Assembly: GCA_965243375.1 (NCBI GenBank)
Contig: CBDEUT010000008.1
Location: forward strand, 872,560-936,559
Length of the DNA stretch: 64,000 nucleotides
From: Alphaproteobacteria bacterium
GTDB lineage: Bacteria; Pseudomonadota; Alphaproteobacteria; UBA828
Direction of reading: 5' to 3'
Positions 1 through 11,098 of this stretch are shown piece by piece; position 1 is the first letter of the stretch, and each line of letters opens with the position of its first letter. Below the pieces are notes generated by a model that saw only the letters and a program-made list of their open reading frames with translations, did not search any database and was not told where the DNA came from. A program made the position numbers and the translations under genes.

Positions 1-284
1 TCCTCGACCTCGTACTCCGCAGCGATCGCCTTGGCTTCTTCCTCGGTGAAGCCGATCTCCACCAGGTTGCGGAAGGCGATGTACTGGAGCGAATGGCACG
101 CCGAGCAGACTTCCTGGAAGACCTGGAAGCCGCGCTGCAGCTCGCCCCGGTCGAAGGTGCCGAAGACGCCTTCGTGCTGCCAGTCCTGATCGGGAACGTC
201 CGGTGTTTCGCCGGCCGCGAGCGCTGCGTTGCCGCCAAAGAGTGCGAAGGCGCCGATCAGCCCGGCGAGCACGACGCCCCGCAT
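1..284 (-). CDS. petC: cytochrome c1 (5' part; runs off window)
   Basis: Manual translation [18 protein letters not shown]...FGTFDRGELQRGFQVFQEVCSACHSL shows a signal peptide and CxxCH; the ATG overlaps the petB TGA. Not in the ORF track. Confidence 0.93.
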   Translation of the reverse strand, partial: MRGVVLAGLIGAFALFGGNAALAAGETPDVPDQDWQHEGVFGTFDRGELQRGFQVFQEVCSACHSLQYIAFRNLVEIGFTEEEAKAIAAEYEVE

Positions 285-1567
285 CACGCCTTCTCCCCGG
301 TCGCCGCCGTTGCTGCGGCCGCAGCATCCGCCGCTGGCGCCGCAGCCGCCTCACCGCCGCCTTTCAGGACCGCCTGATGGATGCTCTCCGGCAGCTTGGT
401 GGGCCGCTCGAACTTGCCGATGAGCGGCACGATGATGAGGAAGTGCGCGAAGTAGTAGCCGGTGGTGACCTGCCCGATCCAGATGAAGTTGCCCTCGGGC
501 GTGTTCGCACCGACCCAGCCGAGCGCGATGCAATCCACCACGAAGACCCAGAACGCCCACTTGTAGATCGGGCGGAAGCGCGCGCTCCGCACCCGGGACG
601 AATCCAGCCACGGCAGGATGAAGAGGATGAAGATCGAGGCGACCATCGCCACGACCCCGCCGAGCTTGTCGGGGATCGCGCGCAAGATCGCGTAGAACGG
701 CAGGAAGTACCATTCCGGCACGATATGCGCGGGCGTCTGCAGCGGGTTCGCCTTCTCGTAGTTGATCACCTCGCCCAGCGCGTTCGGCATGTAGAAGGTG
801 AAGATCAGCAGGATGAACATCATCACCCCGACCCCGAACGAGTCCTTTACCGTGTAGTAGGGGTGGAAGGGGATGGTGTCCTTCTCGCTCTTGATATCGA
901 TGCCGAGCGGGTTGTTCGACTTGCGGTGGTGCAGCGCCCACAGGTGGATGAAGACGACGCCGAAGAGCACGAAGGGCAGCAGGTAGTGCAGCGCGTAGAA
1001 GCGGACGAGCGTCGGGTGATCGACCGAGAAGCCGCCCCACAGCCAGGTGACGACCGTCTCGCCGATCCACGGGATCGCGGAGGTCATGTTGGTGATCACC
1101 GTCGCCGCCCAGAAGCTCATCTGCCCCCACGGCAGCACGTAGCCCATGAAGGCGCTCGCCATCATGAGCAGCAGGATGATGACGCCCATCCACCACAGGA
1201 TTTCGCGCGGCGACTTGTAGGAGCCGTAGTAGAGGCCGCGGAAGAGGTGGATGTAGACAACGGCGAAGAACATCGAGGCGCCGTTGGCGTGGAGGTAGCG
1301 CATCAGCCAGCCCCACTCCACGTCGCGCATGATGTGCTCGACCGAATCGAAGGCGTGATCGGCATGCGGCGTGTAGTGCATCGCCAGCACCACGCCGGTG
1401 ATGATCTGCACCACCAGCATGATCCCGGCGAGGGAGCCGAAGTTCCACCAGTAGTTCAGGTTGCGCGGGGCCGGATAGTCGACGAGGTGCTTGTTGGTCC
1501 AGCTGAAGACCGGCAGCCGGTACTCGATCCACTGGGCGACGCGGTTCTGCGGTACGGGTGTCGTCAT
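284..1567 (-). CDS. petB: cytochrome b of bc1 complex
   Basis: [44 protein letters not shown] motifs. Confidence 0.98.
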   Translation of the reverse strand: MTTPVPQNRVAQWIEYRLPVFSWTNKHLVDYPAPRNLNYWWNFGSLAGIMLVVQIITGVVLAMHYTPHADHAFDSVEHIMRDVEWGWLMRYLHANGASMFFAVVYIHLFRGLYYGSYKSPREILWWMGVIILLLMMASAFMGYVLPWGQMSFWAATVITNMTSAIPWIGETVVTWLWGGFSVDHPTLVRFYALHYLLPFVLFGVVFIHLWALHHRKSNNPLGIDIKSEKDTIPFHPYYTVKDSFGVGVMMFILLIFTFYMPNALGEVINYEKANPLQTPAHIVPEWYFLPFYAILRAIPDKLGGVVAMVASIFILFILPWLDSSRVRSARFRPIYKWAFWVFVVDCIALGWVGANTPEGNFIWIGQVTTGYYFAHFLIIVPLIGKFERPTKLPESIHQAVLKGGGEAAAAPAADAAAAATAATGEKA

Positions 1568-1580
1568 CCGGCGCGGTCCC

Positions 1581-2135
1581 TTACCCGATCCGAACCAGTT
1601 CGTCGTCGAGGAACTCGTAGCTCGGCACCGGCAGGTTGGCCGGCGCCGGCCCCTTGCGGATGCGGCCGGAGGTGTCGTAGTGCGAGCCGTGGCAGGGGCA
1701 GAACCAGCCGCCGAACTCGCCCCTCGGGTCGCCGATCTTGGAGCCGAGCGGAACGCAGCCGAGATGCGTGCACACCCCTTCCACGATCAGCCATTGCGCT
1801 TGCGGCGCCCGCTCCGAATCCAGCTGCGGGTCGGAGAGGTCGTCGACATTGACCTCTTGCGCCGCCGCGATCTCCTCGGCCGTGCGATAGCGCACGAAGA
1901 CCGGCCGGCCGCGCCACTTGACCACGATGGTCTGGCCTTCCTCGATGGCGGAGAGATCGACTTCGGTGGACGCCAGCGCAAGCACGTCGGCCGACGGGTT
2001 CATGGTCTCGATCAGGGGCCAGGTGATGCCGACGACAGCCATGCCGCCCATGGCACCCGCTGCCAGCACCAGGAAGTCGCGTCGCGTGCCCGCGTGCTCG
2101 GACGAGCCATCCGTGGGCGGCGCGGCGTCAGCCAT
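1581..2135 (-). CDS. petA: Rieske iron-sulfur subunit of bc1 complex
   Basis: Tat signal TRRDFL; CTHLGC and CPCHGS boxes; petABC gene order. Confidence 0.98.
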   Translation of the reverse strand: MADAAPPTDGSSEHAGTRRDFLVLAAGAMGGMAVVGITWPLIETMNPSADVLALASTEVDLSAIEEGQTIVVKWRGRPVFVRYRTAEEIAAAQEVNVDDLSDPQLDSERAPQAQWLIVEGVCTHLGCVPLGSKIGDPRGEFGGWFCPCHGSHYDTSGRIRKGPAPANLPVPSYEFLDDELVRIG

Positions 2136-2301
2136 GGTCGAACCCCCTTCGAACTGCCTGATGGGATTGCCTTCGGGAACCTAGAAACGAGCAACCATCA
2201 CGACACGCTCGCGGCGGCTGCCGCGAGCGGCGACAGGGTTAGCACGCACCGTAGGCAAGGGCAAGACGCTATGAAGGGTGTGCCGGATGCCTGCGGGTTG
2301 T

Positions 2302-4093
2302 CTAAGAATTCGCGCCGCGCAGCGCCTCGGTAGCCGCCCGATCCACCGCCAGCGAATCGGTCTCGCGGTCCCCGGTCAGCACGACTCCGTAGATCTCGCG
2401 GGCACGCTCAGGCGTCTCCCAGCCGCGCGCGACATCCATGCGCACCCGCTCCGGATCGCGCTCAATCGGGTCGCCGTATCCGCCGCCCCCGGCGTCGAGG
2501 CCGCGGATCATCTCGCCCGGCTGCAGGGCGAGCTGCACGACGTTGGGCAGCCGGGTCTCGTCGCCATTGGCGCCGACCTTGAACTGGACGGCCGGCGTGC
2601 CGTCGCGCCCCCCCCTGTGCGCCCCGCGCCGGGTTGATCTGGCAATCGCACGGGATGATCACCGTCATCGGGTCCTCGCGCGGCCCGTAGACCACCTCGG
2701 AGGCAGGGCCGCCCCGGTACCGCCCGGCGCCGCCTGTGCCCGGCAGGAGACGCACCGATTCGAAGATCATCGGGTGCTTCACCTCGGCCAGTTCCACGCT
2801 GTCCCGATACATGAGGCCGGAGACCACGGGCAGCACGTAAGTGACCCAGCCGTCGGCCTTGGGCCCGGCGGGGCCGCCGTTCACCACCATCGTGAGCTGA
2901 TTGACGTAGGGATCGCCGCTTCGGCGAAAGTCATTGCCGCTGATCACCGCGGTGCCTGCGCCCATGGCGCTGCCGCCTTCCGCCAACCCATAGCCGTCGC
3001 CCAGCCGCGCCATCGCGGAGTGGGTGATGTTGACCAGGCGGTCGGCGACATTGGTGGTCGCCATCGAGGTCGAATGGGGAAAGGACGGGCGGCCGACCAC
3101 GCAGCCGTCCCGCAGCAGCACGTCCACGCGCCGGAACGACCCCCCGTTATGGGGAATCTCCGGCCCCAGGCAGTTGAAGAATCCCGCCACGACGTTGTTG
3201 ATCGCGCAGGCCTCGGATTCGTTGAGGCCGCAGTCGAGACAGTCGATGTTGTCGCGCAGGTCGATGGTGACCCGGCCCTCGTCCGGGTCGATGCGAAGCT
3301 GGACCTTGATCGGAATACCGTCGGGCAGGAAGGGCTCGAAGGGGTCGTGCATGCCCTCCGCTTCGACCTCGGCCTTCGGCAAGTCCTTGATCGCCTGCAC
3401 CATGCGGCGCTCGGAATAGTCGAACCACTCGCGGATGAAGGTCTTGATGACCTCCTTGCCGTACTTGTCGCAGAGCTCCTTCAGGCGACGCTCGGCGATG
3501 CGCGCCGCGCCAAGCTCGGCCAGGAAGTCGCCGTACCACTGCTCCGGCACCCGGATCCTGCGGCGGCACATGCGGATCACGTCGTCCACCATCTCGAAGT
3601 CCCGCTGCACGCGCACGCACGGGAAGATCAGCGAGCCCTCCTCGTAAATGTCCTTTGCCGCGGCGTGATACGTGCTCGGGATGCTGTTGCCGATGTCCGC
3701 CTGATGGCCCTTGGCCAGGGCGGAGAACATATGCTCTCCGTCGATGAAGACCGGCACGATCACCGCGTGGTCGGCCGGGTGGGTGTTGCCGAGGTAGGGG
3801 TCGTTATGGAGGAAGGCGTCTCCCTCGGCGAGATCGTCGTGCAGCGCGGTCATCGATTTCGTCTGCAGGTGCGAGCCGAAGATATGGACCGGCAGGCCCT
3901 CCGCCGTCGCCAGCAGCTGGTTGTCGGCGGTGCAGATCGCGCACGAGAAATCCCGCGCCACGGCGATCACCGCCGAGCGCGCCGCCTTCAGCAGCGTGTT
4001 CGACATCTCGCGCACGATGCCGTCGAGCCGGTTGGAGAGCACCGAGAGCAGGACCGGGTCCAGCGCCTCGGGCGGTTGCGCGGGCTGCGTCAT
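2302..4093 (-). pseudogene. hydantoinase B/oxoprolinase family protein with a +1 frameshift (or homopolymer sequencing error)
   Basis: NDPYLGNTHPAD and GGAGRYRGG motifs in ORF 2462..4093. The family C-terminus GGGGYGDPIERDPERV lies in another frame (2302..2538). Removing one G from the G8 run (+ strand C 2608-2615) restores a single 596-aa ORF. Confidence 0.85.
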
Positions 4094-4094
4094 C

Positions 4095-6167
4095 TCACAG
4101 GGCCTCCAGGATGAAGTTTCCGGCCTCGCTCAGGCGGGTCCGCGTGCCGGGGTCGACGACGATGGTGGTGGTCGGCTCCTCGATGATCGCGGGCCCTTCG
4201 ATCGCGGCGCCGGGGCTCAGATTGCGGCCGAGATAGATCGGCGTGTCCACACGCGCGCCGCCGCCGAAATAGGCGGGCCGGCGGCTGTCCGGCTCAGGCG
4301 GGCCGGCGGCGCCGGCGATCGACGGCGGCCGGGCGGCTGCGTCGAGCCCGACGGAGACCCGCCCCTTCCAGTTGAGGCATTCCAGGATGCTGTCGGGATC
4401 GCGCACGGCGAAGACCTGCTCGTGCGTAGCGTGGAAGCGCTCGACCAGGGCCGCGACATCGCGTTCGTTCTCGAAGCGCTCGACCGGGAGCGCCACGTCG
4501 AGCTCCCACACCTGGAACAGGTAGCGCGCCTCGACGAAGCGCTCGATCCGCATGGTCTCGAGCCCGCGCTCGCCGAGGGTGGCGGCGAAGCGCTCCAGCT
4601 CGGCGTCGATCGAACCGAGCACGGCGTTCACACCCTCGAAGTCGAAGCCGGCGGAGCGCGTGACCATGCTCGCCGAGTGCTCGTGAATCACCTCCGAGAC
4701 CTGCATGCCGCAGGCGCTGAGCACGGCGGCGGTACGCGGTAGGATCACCCGCTCGCAGCCGAGCTCGCCCGCGATCGCCATGACGCCGAGGCCCGCCGCG
4801 CCGCCGCCCGCCACCAGCGTGCAGTCGCGCGGATTGAAGCCCTCTGTGACGGTGATGTCCTGGATCGCCTTGATCATCAGCTCGTTGGCGAGGCTCATGA
4901 TGGCGTGCGCCCCGTCGTCGAGGGACTTGCCGAGTTGCTCCGCGAGTCCGCCCACCGCGCGGCGGGCTGCGCCGATGTCGAGGGCAAGCCGCCCGCCCAA
5001 GAAGTAATCGGGGTCGAGATAACCGAGCAGCAGCGCCGCATCCGTCACTGTGGGCTCGGTGCCGTCGGCGCCGTAACAGGCCGGCCCCGGCACCGCGCCC
5101 GCGCTGCGCGGGCCCACCCGGAGCAGGCCGCCCGGATCGATCCAGGCGATCGAGCCGCCGCCCGCGCCGATGCTGCGCACGTCGACCGATGAGATCGCGA
5201 GGATATGTCCGGTCCATAGACCGCCGATCCAGGTCTCGCGGGTCTGCTTGACCGCACCGTCCCGCACCAGGCTCACGTCGAAGGTGGTGCCGCCCGCATC
5301 GCAGACGATCACATCGTCCCCAAAACCCTCCATCTGCGAGTAGGCCAGTGCGGCCACCGGCGCCATGGCGGGGCCGGACTTGACCGTGTGGATGGGGCGC
5401 TCCACCAGCTCGTCCACGTGCATGCAGCCGCCGACGGAGGTGCTCACCAGTATCTCGCCCTTGCAGCCGGCGTCGCGCAGATCGTCCTCCATGCCCTGCA
5501 GGTGCGCCTGCATCAACGGCTTGAGCGAGGCGTCGATGGCGGTCGCCGACGCGCGGCGGTATTCGCGCACGATGGGGATCAGCCGGTGCGAGAGCGTGTA
5601 GGGGACGCCGGGGAGAACCTCCTCGATCAGCGCGGCGAGCGCCTGCTCATGCGTGGGGTTCGCGACCGCCCAGAGCAGGCATACGGCCACCGCCTCGAAG
5701 CCGCGCTCCTTGACCAGCCCGAGCACCGCGCGGGCCTGCTCGCGGTCCAGCGGCGTCACCACGCCGCCCTCGGCATCGATGCGCTCGCCGATCTCGAAGG
5801 TGTGGGCCTGCGGAATGTAGGGGTCCGGGTAGTCGGTCTCGAAGTCGTGGACCCCGTGCTTGCCGCCTTCCTTCAGCACCAGGATGTCGGGGAAGCCGGC
5901 GGTAACCAGGAACGCCGTCTTGGCCACCGCACCCTGCACGATCGCGTTGGTGGCCCGCGTCGTGCCGTAGATCAGCAGGTCGGTCTCGCCCAGCAGCGCG
6001 GGAAGGTTCAGGCCAAGCTGCTCGGCCGCGTTCTCCAGCGCGCCCTGCATGCCGACGAAGATGCGATCGGGCGTGGTCGGTGCCTTGCCGACCACCTCCC
6101 GCCCGTCGCCGCCGGCCACGACATCGGTAAGGGTGCCGCCGGTATCGACGGAAATGCGAAGCCCCAT
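4095..6167 (-). CDS. hydantoinase A/oxoprolinase family protein
   Basis: VDTGGTLTD, GTTRATNA, SGPA, DAGGTTFDVS, SIGAGGGSIA, GPACYG motifs. Confidence 0.93.
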   Translation of the reverse strand: MGLRISVDTGGTLTDVVAGGDGREVVGKAPTTPDRIFVGMQGALENAAEQLGLNLPALLGETDLLIYGTTRATNAIVQGAVAKTAFLVTAGFPDILVLKEGGKHGVHDFETDYPDPYIPQAHTFEIGERIDAEGGVVTPLDREQARAVLGLVKERGFEAVAVCLLWAVANPTHEQALAALIEEVLPGVPYTLSHRLIPIVREYRRASATAIDASLKPLMQAHLQGMEDDLRDAGCKGEILVSTSVGGCMHVDELVERPIHTVKSGPAMAPVAALAYSQMEGFGDDVIVCDAGGTTFDVSLVRDGAVKQTRETWIGGLWTGHILAISSVDVRSIGAGGGSIAWIDPGGLLRVGPRSAGAVPGPACYGADGTEPTVTDAALLLGYLDPDYFLGGRLALDIGAARRAVGGLAEQLGKSLDDGAHAIMSLANELMIKAIQDITVTEGFNPRDCTLVAGGGAAGLGVMAIAGELGCERVILPRTAAVLSACGMQVSEVIHEHSASMVTRSAGFDFEGVNAVLGSIDAELERFAATLGERGLETMRIERFVEARYLFQVWELDVALPVERFENERDVAALVERFHATHEQVFAVRDPDSILECLNWKGRVSVGLDAAARPPSIAGAAGPPEPDSRRPAYFGGGARVDTPIYLGRNLSPGAAIEGPAIIEEPTTTIVVDPGTRTRLSEAGNFILEAL

Positions 6168-6191
6168 GCCGGGGCCCCTGTGGGCGGGGAC

Positions 6192-7589
6192 TCAGCCCTT
6201 GCCGAAGACGCTTTCCACTGCCTCGCCGAAGATGCCGACGGTCTCGTCGACATCGGAGCGCGAGAAGGTGAGCGGCGGCGAGAACGCGTTGACCGGCAGG
6301 AAGGGCAGCCCCCGCGTCAGCAAGCCGCGTTCCTGTGCTGCAACGGAGACGCGCCGGTGCGCCGGCGGGGTCATGTCAGGCGCGGCCTTGCTTCCCGGCT
6401 CTGCGGCGTATTCGACTCCCAGCATGAGGCCCGCGCCCCGGATATCGCCGACGTTGGGATGATCGCCCACCCGCTCGATCAGGCACTGCTTGAAGTAGGG
6501 TCCGACCTCGGCCGCGTTCGCGACCAGGTTCTCGGACTCCATGATCTCAAGGTTCGCGAGACCGACCGCGCCGCCCACCGGATGGCCCGAATAGGTGAAG
6601 CCGTGGGCGAACATGCCGACCTCGGCCGTGCCGTCCGCCAGCACCTGCCAGACCTCGTCCGAGATCGCCACCGCCGACATCGGGAAGTAGGCGCTGGTGA
6701 GGCCCTTGGCAAAGGTCATCATGTCGGGCTTGAGCCCGAAGTAGCTCGCGCCGAACCAGGTGCCGAGCCGCCCGAAGCCGCAGATCACCTCGTCCGCGAT
6801 GAACAGGATGTCGTGCTTCTTCAGGATCGCCTGCACCTTGTCGTAGTAGCCGCCGCCCGGGATGATCACGCCGCCGGTGCCCATTACCGGCTCTGCGATG
6901 AAGGCCGCGATTGTCTCGGGCCCTTCCCGCTCGATCATGGCTTCGAGCGACGCGGCCATGCGGTCGGCGAATTCCTCCTCGCTCTCGCCCTCCAGGCCTT
7001 CGCGCCAGTAATGCGGGCAGTCGGTGTGCAGCACGCCCTCGAAGGGCAGGTCGAAGGCCTTGTGGTAGAGCGGAATGCCGGTGAGGCTCCCGGCCGCGCC
7101 GGTGACGCCGTGATAGGCGCCGAGCCGCGAGATGATCTTCTTCTTCTCGGGCCGGCCGCGCAGGTTGTTGTAGTAGCGGACCAGCTTGAACTGGGTGTCG
7201 TTACCGTCCGAGCCCGAGAGCCCGAAGAACACCTTGCCGATGTGGTGGCAATCGGCGTGCTCGTGCAGCAGCGAGAGCAGCTTCTCGGCGAGCCTGATCT
7301 GCGGCTCGTTGGAGGCGGCGCCGAAGGTGTGGAAGAAGCCGATGCGCGCCATCTCCTCGGCCGCGACCTCGGCGAGCCTGGTCCGCCCGTAGCCGATGTT
7401 GACGCACCAGAGCGCCGCGGCCGCGTCGATGTAGCCCTTGCCCTGGCGGTCGTAGACCTTCACTCCGCCGCTCTTGCCGAAGATGACGGGGCCTGCGTCC
7501 TGATGCTCGGCAATTGAGGTGACCGGGTGAAGCAGGACCTGCTTGTCGAGCTCCTCCAGCGAGATGTTCTGGGCCTGATCGAGCGACAT
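6192..7589 (-). CDS. class III PLP-dependent aminotransferase (omega-amine type)
   Basis: [44 protein letters not shown]; start trimmed to MSLDQ, which follows GGAG. Confidence 0.92.
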   Translation of the reverse strand: MSLDQAQNISLEELDKQVLLHPVTSIAEHQDAGPVIFGKSGGVKVYDRQGKGYIDAAAALWCVNIGYGRTRLAEVAAEEMARIGFFHTFGAASNEPQIRLAEKLLSLLHEHADCHHIGKVFFGLSGSDGNDTQFKLVRYYNNLRGRPEKKKIISRLGAYHGVTGAAGSLTGIPLYHKAFDLPFEGVLHTDCPHYWREGLEGESEEEFADRMAASLEAMIEREGPETIAAFIAEPVMGTGGVIIPGGGYYDKVQAILKKHDILFIADEVICGFGRLGTWFGASYFGLKPDMMTFAKGLTSAYFPMSAVAISDEVWQVLADGTAEVGMFAHGFTYSGHPVGGAVGLANLEIMESENLVANAAEVGPYFKQCLIERVGDHPNVGDIRGAGLMLGVEYAAEPGSKAAPDMTPPAHRRVSVAAQERGLLTRGLPFLPVNAFSPPLTFSRSDVDETVGIFGEAVESVFGKG

Positions 7590-7720
7590 GCTGCGTCTCC
7601 AATGTTCGAGGGCGGGCAAGCCGCCGCAATGGTCGGACCAGTCGGCAGCCGGGGCCGGCAAGCGTATGTCAGCGGGCCCCTTGCGGCAACGGTGCGGGCG
7701 ACGTGTTGCCGGGATTCGCG

Positions 7721-8452
7721 TCAGGCACCCAGGTAGTACTGCTTGACCATCTCGTTCTCGGAGAGATCGGCGGCGGAGGCGGCGGCGAAGGCTATCTCGC
7801 CGTGGACGATGATGTAGCCGCGATCGGCGATCTTGATGGCCTGGTTGAAGTTCTGCTCGGCCATCAGCACGGTCAGACTGCGCTGCTGCTTCAGCTCCCT
7901 GATCTTGGCGATCACGCGGCTGACCAGGATCGGCGCGAGCCCGACGGAGGGCTCGTCGACCACCAGGATACGGGGCTCCGACATCAGCGCACGCGCAATC
8001 GCCAGCATCTGCTGCTCGCCGCCTGACATCGAGCCCGCGAGCTGGCGCCGTCGCTCGGCCAGCACCGGGAAGGCCTCGAACACGAACTCGAGATTGGCGC
8101 CGATCCGCTTCCGCGCGGATTCACGGTAGGCGCCCAGCGTCAGGTTCTCCGCCACCGTGAGCTGGGGGAACAGGCGGCGCCCTTCCGGCACCAGCGAGAT
8201 GCCGAGCTCGACCACGTCCTGCGGCGTCTTGCCCACGAGCTCGATCCGCTCGCCCTCGTCGGTCTCGTAGGTGATGGAGCCTGAGGAGGGCGCGACGATC
8301 CCCATGATGCAATTGATGAGCGTGGACTTGCCGTTGCCGTTGGTACCGAGCAGCACCACCGTCTCGCCGGAGTCGACGGAGACCGAGACGCCGTGCAGGA
8401 CCCGCACCGAGCCGTAGCCGGCCTCCACGCTATCGACGACGATCCTACTCAC
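7721..8452 (-). CDS. LivF-like ABC ATP-binding protein
   Basis: Walker [10 protein letters not shown]; VPEGRRLF; MSGGEQQM; DEPS. Confidence 0.93.
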   Translation of the reverse strand: MSRIVVDSVEAGYGSVRVLHGVSVSVDSGETVVLLGTNGNGKSTLINCIMGIVAPSSGSITYETDEGERIELVGKTPQDVVELGISLVPEGRRLFPQLTVAENLTLGAYRESARKRIGANLEFVFEAFPVLAERRRQLAGSMSGGEQQMLAIARALMSEPRILVVDEPSVGLAPILVSRVIAKIRELKQQRSLTVLMAEQNFNQAIKIADRGYIIVHGEIAFAAASAADLSENEMVKQYYLGA

Positions 8453-9167
8453 CGAGATAGGCCCTTTCGACTTCGGGGTCGTTGACGATCTCGTCGGGCG
8501 TGCCCTCCGCTATCTTCTGCCCCGCATCCAGCACCACGATCCGCGTCGAGAAACGCATGACCGCCCGCATGATGTGCTCGATCATGATGATGGTGATCCC
8601 GGCTTCGTTCAGCCGGAACAGGATGTCTAGGATGTCGTCCACTTCGGTCGAGGACAGGCCGGCCATCGCTTCGTCGGAAATCAGCAACTCCGGCTGGGTC
8701 GCCATCGCGCGGGCGAGCTCCAGCTTGCGCATGTCGATCTGCGTGAGCGCGCCCGCGTTCGCGCCGGCGCGGTCCGCCAGCCCGATCGTCTCCAGGATCG
8801 CCATGCCGCGCTCGTGTACTTCGCCCGGCGCCGAATCGGATGCGTATTCCAGCGCGATACCGAGGTTCTCCAGCACCGTCATCGAGCGAAACGGCTTGGG
8901 AATCTGGAACGAGCGCGCGATCCCCAGCCGCGTACGCTGATGGGGTTTCTTGCCGTCGAGCTTGACGCCCTTGAAGACGATCTCGCCGCCGTCGTTGGCG
9001 AGCGTGCCCGAGATGCAGTTGATCATGGTGGTCTTGCCCGAGCCGTTCGGGCCGATCAAGCCGAAGCGCTCGCCGCTCCTGACCTCCATGCTGATCTGGT
9101 CCAGCGCCGTGAAGCCGCCGAAGCGCTTGGTGACGGTGCGCACGTCGAGCAGCGGGTCAGCGGTCAT
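8445..9167 (-). CDS. LivG-like ABC ATP-binding protein
   Basis: GPNGSGKTT, ARSFQ, IEH, AYLGE. Confidence 0.93.
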   Translation of the reverse strand: MTADPLLDVRTVTKRFGGFTALDQISMEVRSGERFGLIGPNGSGKTTMINCISGTLANDGGEIVFKGVKLDGKKPHQRTRLGIARSFQIPKPFRSMTVLENLGIALEYASDSAPGEVHERGMAILETIGLADRAGANAGALTQIDMRKLELARAMATQPELLISDEAMAGLSSTEVDDILDILFRLNEAGITIIMIEHIMRAVMRFSTRIVVLDAGQKIAEGTPDEIVNDPEVERAYLGE

Positions 9168-10131
9168 CGCGACGGCCCCCCAACCACTTCTTGAGCAGCC
9201 CGACGATCCCTTCCGGCGCCACGATTACGAAGAACACCAGGACGACACCGACGATCAGGAGGTTGAGCTCGGACGAGATCGTCACGGTCGCGACCTGCTG
9301 CACGGTGCCAAGCAGGAGCGCGCCGATCAGCGGGCCGAGCCACGTGGTGGCGCCGCCGATCATCGGCATTGCGATGGCGTTCACCGCATAGATGAGATTG
9401 AACGCCGAGGACGGCTCGATAAAGCTCACGTAGAGCGCGAACGGTGCGCCGGCGACGCCCATCAGGAATCCCGACACCGTCGTCGCGATCAGCTTGAGCC
9501 GCAGGGTGGGAACGCCCGCGCATTCGGCGGCAATCTCGTCGTCGCGGATGGCGGTGAAGCCACGCCCCGTCTTAGACAACTCGAGCCAGCGTGCCATCGC
9601 GACCGCGAAGATCGCGAGCAGGAGCATCACGAAGAACAGGAACTCGACGTAGTCGCCGAACGGCGCCATCTCGCGCGAGCGCAGGATGTAGGCGCCGGTG
9701 GCGCCGCCCACGTAATCCCAATTGATGATCAACGTTTCGAGGACGATGGCCATCGCCAGCGTGGCGATGGCGAAGAAGACACCCCGCAACCTGAGCGTCA
9801 GATAGCCCATGGCAAGCCCGAGCAAGCCGCAGACCACGCCCGAGAAGGGAATCATCAGGCCAAGCGGCGCTTCGATCAGGTTGTAGAGGACGACGGAGGC
9901 GTAGGCGCCCACCGCGAAGAAGCCGGCGGTGCCGAAATTAACGTAGCCCATGTAGCCGCCCATGATGTTCCAGGCGGTGGCCAGCACCACGTATTGCAGG
10001 ACGACGTAGCCCGCGAAGAAGATGAACTTGTTGATGACGACCACGTCGAAGATCGTGAGCGCGACTCCCACCAGCACGACGACCGCGGCGCAGATCCAGA
10101 AGGCCGAGAGCTTCAGCGCAGGCATTCTCAT
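9157..10131 (-). CDS. LivM-like ABC permease
   Basis: WNIMGGYMGYVNFG, LRLRGVFFAIATL, AIRDDEIAA; hydrophobic. Confidence 0.92.
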   Translation of the reverse strand: MRMPALKLSAFWICAAVVVLVGVALTIFDVVVINKFIFFAGYVVLQYVVLATAWNIMGGYMGYVNFGTAGFFAVGAYASVVLYNLIEAPLGLMIPFSGVVCGLLGLAMGYLTLRLRGVFFAIATLAMAIVLETLIINWDYVGGATGAYILRSREMAPFGDYVEFLFFVMLLLAIFAVAMARWLELSKTGRGFTAIRDDEIAAECAGVPTLRLKLIATTVSGFLMGVAGAPFALYVSFIEPSSAFNLIYAVNAIAMPMIGGATTWLGPLIGALLLGTVQQVATVTISSELNLLIVGVVLVFFVIVAPEGIVGLLKKWLGGRRDDR

Positions 10132-11000
10132 CGGCCGAACAACCCCTGCGGCCTGAAGGCGAGGGCCGCCAGCAGAATGCCGAAGGCCACGGCGGGCGCC
10201 CAGGACGGGCCGAAGAAGGTCGAGACCAGGCTCTCGGCGATACCGAGCACGACGCCCGCGACCAGAGTACCGGGGATCGAGCCGAGCCCCGCGAGAACCG
10301 CGATCGCGAACACTTGCCCGATGTAGAGCCGGCCCACGGAAGGCTCGACGGGAATGATGATGATCAGCAGCGCGCCGGCCAGCGCGGCGGTGCCGATGCT
10401 GATGCCGAAACCGAGCTGCTTGATCTTGACCGGATCGGCGCCCATGAGCTGCAGCGCGAGGCGATCCTGCGCCACGGCCTTGATCGCGCGGCCGTTGAAC
10501 GTGCGCGACATGTAGAGATAGACGACCGTGAACATGGCGACGGAGACGCAGAACGGCACGAACATGCGGGTCGGCACGCCGATCCCGCCGGCCTTCCAGC
10601 TTTGCCCGATGTAAGAGGCCTGCACGGTGCGGAAGTCCACGCCGTAGACCATGATGAGCGCGACCTCGATGATGAACATGACGCCGAAAAAGAAGGCGAG
10701 GCCGCGCAGCGCTTCATCGTCCTTGCGTTCGAAACTCTCGTAGTAAAGCCGGTAAGCGCCGGCTCCGATCAGGAAGAACACGGGAATGAAAATGATTCCC
10801 GTCAGGATCGGATCCAGCCCCCACAGGCTGTTGCACATGTAGGCGATATAGGAGCCCAGAATGATAAATGCCGGGTGGGCGATATTGACGATGTTGAGCT
10901 GCCCGAACGAGACCGTGAGCCCGAGGCTCACGGCGGCATAAAAGCCACCGAGCAGCACGCCGGCGATCAGCGCATTGAACAAGAGATCGACGGTAAACAA
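10128..11000 (-). CDS. LivH-like ABC permease
   Basis: GLTVSFGQLNIVNIAH, GRAIKAVAQD, AGLGSIPG; TTG start. Confidence 0.9.
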   Translation of the reverse strand: MFTVDLLFNALIAGVLLGGFYAAVSLGLTVSFGQLNIVNIAHPAFIILGSYIAYMCNSLWGLDPILTGIIFIPVFFLIGAGAYRLYYESFERKDDEALRGLAFFFGVMFIIEVALIMVYGVDFRTVQASYIGQSWKAGGIGVPTRMFVPFCVSVAMFTVVYLYMSRTFNGRAIKAVAQDRLALQLMGADPVKIKQLGFGISIGTAALAGALLIIIIPVEPSVGRLYIGQVFAIAVLAGLGSIPGTLVAGVVLGIAESLVSTFFGPSWAPAVAFGILLAALAFRPQGLFGR

Positions 11001-11023
11001 CGGACGACCGCTTACCGGAAACA

Positions 11024-11060
11024 GGAAATGTCATCCCGTCGCGAGCGGGATGACATTTCC
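11024..11060. terminator. intra-operon stem-loop between binding-protein and permease genes
   Basis: Perfect 15-bp stem GGAAATGTCATCCCG / CGGGATGACATTTCC; this position is typical of mRNA-stabilising hairpins in ABC operons. Confidence 0.6.
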
Positions 11061-11098
11061 ATCGGTTGTTGCTGCTGAGCTCCTCTCGGGAGCGTTGG

